From an archaeon (lineage in GTDB: Archaea; Asgardarchaeota; Thorarchaeia; Thorarchaeales; Thorarchaeaceae): a DNA stretch of 64,000 nucleotides. Numbering within the stretch: the first letter of the stretch is position 1; each line of letters begins with the position of its first letter. A program made the position numbers and the translations under genes. Below are positions 59,600 to 64,000 of this stretch, piece by piece. A model generated the notes under the pieces. The model was not told the DNA's origin and ran no database searches. It worked only from the letters and a program-made list of their open reading frames with translations. The DNA is taken from assembly GCA_024276825.1 (NCBI GenBank), contig JAJRWI010000033.1, forward strand, positions 32,001-96,000, written 5' to 3'.

Positions 59600-60517
59600 T
59601 TACTCTTTCACTTCCTCTTTTTCTTCTTCTGTCTGTTCTTTATCTTCTTCTACAGGAGCTTCTATCTTTGCTTCTGGAGCCTCATCACTCTTGCTCTCCG
59701 GCTCCTCCACTTTTGCAGGAGTCTCCTCTTCAACTATAGAACCCTCGGGCTCGGGAGCTTTCTCCTCAGCTTCAGTTGGGGGTTCTTCTGGTTTTTCCTC
59801 TGGAACTGCACCACTGACTTCTGTCTGCTCACCTCGAATCTTAGTGAGCTCTTCATCAATCATAGCTGCCACTCTATCAGTCAGCTTTGATGTATGTGCT
59901 TCTCGCTCAATCATTTTGAAAGCTTTAATTGCAATACGCAATATCTTGGTGTTAGGGGCCTTGATCCAAATTCTGCCATTTTGTCCAACTATTGTATATA
60001 TGCGAAGTTTGTCTTTGATCATATTGATCATCGAACCCCTTCTACCAATGATGCGTGGAATCTTGGATGGGCTGACATTTAGTATCATTCCATCTCGGAG
60101 CTTTTGTAGTCCCCTGCCCCTCATGGTGAGGAACGGACCGCTGACACGGTCGAATGCTATCACCTCTGCTGCGATCACATCGCCGACATCAAAGTACTTT
60201 GAGATGTCCTCATCATAGGGCCGCCGCAATGCGTTATTCGCATGCAGTGAAGCACCATATGGACCTCCTATGTCAACCTTCCAATTATTTCCAGCAACAA
60301 GGGTTATTATTCCAATTACTAGATCTCCCTCTCTGGGGATATACACTCCCTCTAAGGGTACAACTTTTATTGTGTTCCCACGAAGCTCTGCAAGGCCTAT
60401 CAATGATGCATAGATCTTTCCATCCTTGCTGTACGTTCCTATTGATGAACGATATCGGCCTTCTGCAAGAAGCTGTCCTGGGACTACTATTTCTCGCTTC
60501 TGAAAGTATATTGCCAA
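59600..60517 (-). CDS. rrp4: Exosome RNA-binding subunit Rrp4
   Basis: VVPGQ, YIPREGD, IPRIIG..GSM, GQNGRIW, EAHTS. Confidence 0.96.
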   Translation of the reverse strand: MAIYFQKREIVVPGQLLAEGRYRSSIGTYSKDGKIYASLIGLAELRGNTIKVVPLEGVYIPREGDLVIGIITLVAGNNWKVDIGGPYGASLHANNALRRPYDEDISKYFDVGDVIAAEVIAFDRVSGPFLTMRGRGLQKLRDGMILNVSPSKIPRIIGRRGSMINMIKDKLRIYTIVGQNGRIWIKAPNTKILRIAIKAFKMIEREAHTSKLTDRVAAMIDEELTKIRGEQTEVSGAVPEEKPEEPPTEAEEKAPEPEGSIVEEETPAKVEEPESKSDEAPEAKIEAPVEEDKEQTEEEKEEVKE

Positions 60518-60569
60518 TTTATTCCCTCGTTTAATTCTATTATCATGAAATTCTCATTCTTCTCATATG

Positions 60570-61304
60570 TTATCGTACAAGTTCTATTCTTACTTGACCC
60601 TTTGTCAGTTTGGAGAGTTCGTCGAAAAGATCCTGTCTCTGGGAGGCTGGTATCTCAACAACCCCTGTCCATGAACCATCAGGCTCCCATGTTTCTGACT
60701 TGATTAGTCCTGCAGATGCTACCATATTGTAGCCCTTACCGGTGTATGTGGCAGGCAGGGTTATTCTGAGTTTGATGCTCTCAAATGATATCGGTATTAT
60801 AGCACGCAACGCCTTTACGATATTAGGAATCTGCTCCTCAACACTGATAAACGGGTCAACTCGGACCTTTGCCTCCTCCATTGCCTGACGAATTCTGTCC
60901 GGCGGGTGGGGGTGTCCAGTCTGGGGGTTCATGGCCCTCTTGGAGATTGACTCTACGATTGCATCGGTTTTCTCCTTCAAAAGCTGGGCCCTCTGTTCAT
61001 GGGTGAGCTTGAACTCTCCTCTCCTGATTACTTCAGGGGCAATGTCAAAAATATCATCAGAGCCAAAAGCATCAGCAACTAGGTCCAATACTGCTCTCTC
61101 ACCCCGTTTGGCATCCTCAAAGATATCATATGACTTGAGTATGTCTTCGATTGGAATGTCTGCTCCTCTACGATACTCGAATGCAAGATCTGGGTCAACA
61201 AATATCTCAACATGCACATGATTCTTGTCCATGCCGATTATCACTGCATCAAGGTCAAGCCACTTTTCACCAGCCTTTCTTCCTGAACCGCCCATCATTG
61301 CCAT
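60570..61304 (-). CDS. Ribosome maturation factor SBDS/Sdo1
   Basis: IFEDAKRG, NPQTGHPHPPDRI, IPISFE. Confidence 0.95.
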   Translation of the reverse strand: MAMMGGSGRKAGEKWLDLDAVIIGMDKNHVHVEIFVDPDLAFEYRRGADIPIEDILKSYDIFEDAKRGERAVLDLVADAFGSDDIFDIAPEVIRRGEFKLTHEQRAQLLKEKTDAIVESISKRAMNPQTGHPHPPDRIRQAMEEAKVRVDPFISVEEQIPNIVKALRAIIPISFESIKLRITLPATYTGKGYNMVASAGLIKSETWEPDGSWTGVVEIPASQRQDLFDELSKLTKGQVRIELVR

Positions 61305-61312
61305 TGCATCTC

Positions 61313-62065
61313 CTATCTCTTAGGTGTAGTTGGTGAGAGAAGATCCTCTCGTTCCTCACGAGTGAGCATCTTGAACTTGGAGGTCTTTACAGGAATCACT
61401 GCAATCTCAAGATTGTCAGCAGTGAACTCTGTGTCGGTGGCCTGTCGAAGCGCGTCAAGGGCCAACATTATGACCTTTTTCAGTTTCATTGTTCTCTTAT
61501 AGCTCTTCTCTAGGAACTCCCCAGCCGCTTTGCTGCCTCGTCCTATGACTGCTGCCATGAAGCCGTAGTAAGTTCCCACAGGATCAGTCATGAAGAGTTT
61601 TGGAGTCTTGTCATAATCTACAGATCCGATTAACAGAGCAACTCCATATGGGCGGGCTCCTCCGCCTTGTGTGAACTGCGCCTTGACATCACAGATGTAC
61701 TTTGCCAGTGTTTCTGCAGGTATTGGCTCATCGTATGTCAACCAGTAGGCTTGCGCCTTCACTCTGGCATCAGCAACAAGCTGTCTGGCATCAGCCATGA
61801 ATCCCGATGCAGCTATTCCGATGTGTTCCTCGACTTGTGAGATCTTTTCAACACTCTCTGGTTCTTGTAGAGGAAGGACCTTTTTCTTAGCAAGTAATAC
61901 TACTCCTTCATCCACCATGATGCCTATTGCGGGCTCACCCTGTTCTACCGCCTTCTTGGCATATTCTGCTGCAAAGATGCGGCCATCTGGGCTGAATATG
62001 CTTGTACTCATATCATAGCCTGCGCCACTAATCCCGTAGATTGTAGACTCCTCCAAGTAATTCAT
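61313..62065 (-). CDS. psmA: Proteasome alpha subunit
   Basis: GYD...IFSPDGR, EYA, SG..ADAR, TQ.GG.RPYG. Confidence 0.96.
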   Translation of the reverse strand: MNYLEESTIYGISGAGYDMSTSIFSPDGRIFAAEYAKKAVEQGEPAIGIMVDEGVVLLAKKKVLPLQEPESVEKISQVEEHIGIAASGFMADARQLVADARVKAQAYWLTYDEPIPAETLAKYICDVKAQFTQGGGARPYGVALLIGSVDYDKTPKLFMTDPVGTYYGFMAAVIGRGSKAAGEFLEKSYKRTMKLKKVIMLALDALRQATDTEFTADNLEIAVIPVKTSKFKMLTREEREDLLSPTTPKR

Positions 62066-62238
62066 TTCATTGTATATCAGAAGACAGAACCATTAATGGG
62101 CAAAGTCTGTCAATTCTGATATACTGCTGATAGATTTACACCAACCTTAGCTTGTCTGCCTATAGGTTCAATTCTCTATCGCTGACCAAACCACATAAAC
62201 CTTCTGGTGAGTCGTATTCTGAACCGCGCCTCCAACTG

Positions 62239-62673
62239 TCAGTCTTGTAGCAGGTAAAGATATCCAATGAATCCAATAGACAGAGCAATTGATGCGCCTC
62301 CAACCCATGACCCAAACATGAGCCATGACATGGCACCAACAATGATGAGCATCAGGATTAACTCAAGCCATCCGGCCCTTACTTTTGTGAGATATAGTCG
62401 CAGATTGATTATCGTCACCGTGGCGAACACATAGAATCCAAGCATTATGAAGATTTCCAACAATATTGTGATATATGGATTAATGTCGTTAAGAGCACTT
62501 ATCGGGCTAGTGACCCCTGGTGCCGACCATATCCAGAAAGCCATGGCTATGACCAAGAAGATAGCAGCTAGCAGTATTGTGATAATTGATGAACGAATTA
62601 TCTCGCTCCTTTCAGGAATCTCGTCGCTCACGGTATCTACACCAACCTTTACAACGTGGCAAATTATGGTCAC
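62239..62673 (-). CDS. Four-TM membrane protein
   Basis: Hydrophobic helices; co-oriented with the metal ABC genes. Confidence 0.7.
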   Translation of the reverse strand: MTIICHVVKVGVDTVSDEIPERSEIIRSSIITILLAAIFLVIAMAFWIWSAPGVTSPISALNDINPYITILLEIFIMLGFYVFATVTIINLRLYLTKVRAGWLELILMLIIVGAMSWLMFGSWVGGASIALSIGFIGYLYLLQD

Positions 62674-62704
62674 TCTTAAAGTTACCGAAGGTCACACAGA
62701 TGAC

Positions 62705-63622
62705 TCACTCAATATTCGTAGTTTCCTGATGAATGACTTCTGGAATACCTTCATTGACCTTCTCTCTGATTTTCCGTATTTGAAGTGCGATGATATACGA
62801 CAACGCTGCAAGTATCCCTGTTATGGCACTGGGTGATACTGGCACTATGAATGATGTCATAATGCCTATTACTTGTGCTACTAGGGCTATGATGAACACG
62901 CCTATCATGACTTTATTGACAGACTTCAATGTTTCATTGGATGCCGCAGCAGGTGCTACAAGAATGGCATATACTAGGATTGCACCAACCGCCTTTGTGG
63001 CAAGTGCTATTGCAATTGATGAGATCACAAGAATCAGGTAATGATACCCTCTGGCGTTCAGACCGTGCGCCAGTGATCCTTCATAGTCCACACTTACATA
63101 GACAAACTCCTTCTTGAACAACAGGATTATGAATGCAACAAGGATTGTGGTGATGGTCAACATCACGATGTCTTGGTTAGTCATGAGTAGAATGTCGCCG
63201 ACAAGATAACCCCACAGAACCAGCACCTTATCAGGAGGGATGTAGTACATCAGGAATACGGCGATGCTCATAGAAAGTGCGAACGAAACCCCTACTGCAA
63301 CCTCCATCTTCTGAGCCACCCCTGACTCTCCAGCATAACCTGTTATCACTGCAACAAGAACTGCAAACACTATTGCTCCCAAAGTGGGGTCAAACCATGG
63401 GAACAGACCAATAGCCTGCAGGAAAAAGCCCAGTGCTGCGCCTCCCAGAGCAGCGTGTGCAACGCCCGAGGTCATGAATGAGAGCCCCCGAAACACAAGG
63501 AAAGTACCACTGGTGGCTGCTATTATGGCAATGAGCAATGCAGCAATCAATGCTCTTTGAAGGAATGGGGTATTGAGGATCAGATCAATGATATCAATCA
63601 TGTCTGTCAACTCCCGAGTCAT
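62705..63622 (-). CDS. Zn/Mn ABC transporter permease (ZnuB family)
   Basis: FLQRAL, GVAHAALGG, YLVGDIL, VGAILV. Confidence 0.92.
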   Translation of the reverse strand: MTRELTDMIDIIDLILNTPFLQRALIAALLIAIIAATSGTFLVFRGLSFMTSGVAHAALGGAALGFFLQAIGLFPWFDPTLGAIVFAVLVAVITGYAGESGVAQKMEVAVGVSFALSMSIAVFLMYYIPPDKVLVLWGYLVGDILLMTNQDIVMLTITTILVAFIILLFKKEFVYVSVDYEGSLAHGLNARGYHYLILVISSIAIALATKAVGAILVYAILVAPAAASNETLKSVNKVMIGVFIIALVAQVIGIMTSFIVPVSPSAITGILAALSYIIALQIRKIREKVNEGIPEVIHQETTNIE

Positions 63623-63998
63623 GTGTGATGCAATACTTGTGTCCTGAATGTTCTACTATTTGTGCAGTCGGCCCATAGACCTGCTTGATAAGTTCTGTGT
63701 CCATCACATCACATGGGGTCCCAACGCCCAACAGAGTGTTTCTTAATAAGAGCACATTCTGCACCAAAACATGAATAGGATTGAGATCATGAGTGACCAT
63801 GATCACGCTCACATTGTTGTTCTTCTGATAATCGCTTAATGCATTTACAATCAGTTTTTGACTCTCTGCATCAGTCCCTGCTAATGGCTCGTCAAGAATA
63901 AGCAGTGGTCCCGAACTTGCAAGAGCACGTGCAACAAGGACCCTTTGTCGCTGTCCCCCTGATAGTTCAGGAAACGGCCTGTCCCAGAGTTCCAGCAT
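63594..63998 (-). CDS. Zn/Mn ABC transporter ATPase (ZnuC family), 5'-truncated by the window edge
   Basis: LSGGQRQR, LDEP, VTHD. Confidence 0.9.
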   Translation of the reverse strand: MLELWDRPFPELSGGQRQRVLVARALASSGPLLILDEPLAGTDAESQKLIVNALSDYQKNNNVSVIMVTHDLNPIHVLVQNVLLLRNTLLGVGTPCDVMDTELIKQVYGPTAQIVEHSGHKYCITHDSGVDRHD

Positions 63999-64000
63999 GT

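Noticed and set aside
59445-60218. Long antisense ORFs (this one, 9633-10244, 45727-46320, 39968-40522)
   Set aside because: Shadows of well-supported genes on the opposite strand.

Overview
Gene-dense archaeal chromosomal window, almost certainly from an Asgard archaeon (Thorarchaeia-like; inferred from a true actin, a two-domain gelsolin, a longin-fused small GTPase and archaeal-type informational genes). Most of it is housekeeping: rps13-rps4-rps11, the adk-DUF106-L34e-cmk-L14e-cbf5-RNase P RNA block, the psmA-SBDS-rrp4-rrp41-rrp42-L37ae-Brix-pcc1-prefoldin superoperon, ECF/ABC transporters, copA, hutIHU and tRNA-modification genes. The most notable signal is a transposase-less, 549-aa TnpB-family nuclease with a Fanzor-type rearranged RuvC site just downstream of an intron-containing tRNA-Ser. 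Its 3' region recurs as a stand-alone, promoter-preceded, structurally conserved non-coding copy at about 26950-27310. The 5' part of that second copy recurs as a fragment at about 38370-38515 (minus strand). In the two complete copies, the segment right after the last conserved block matches a nearby upstream sequence: 12 nt of the tRNA 3' end for copy 1, and 11 nt over the start of the GyrI-like gene for copy 2. Each target is preceded by a GAT-containing TAM-like motif, which suggests a multi-guide TnpB system aimed at the host's own loci. Other items worth checking: a split CWH43/PGAP2IP-like pair, an ATPase-degenerate MCM paralogue, an HTH-CARF / mini-RNase III / SAMHD1-like / PriL-CTD cluster, and several probable non-AUG starts. 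All homology calls are from motif recognition by eye; no searches were run.
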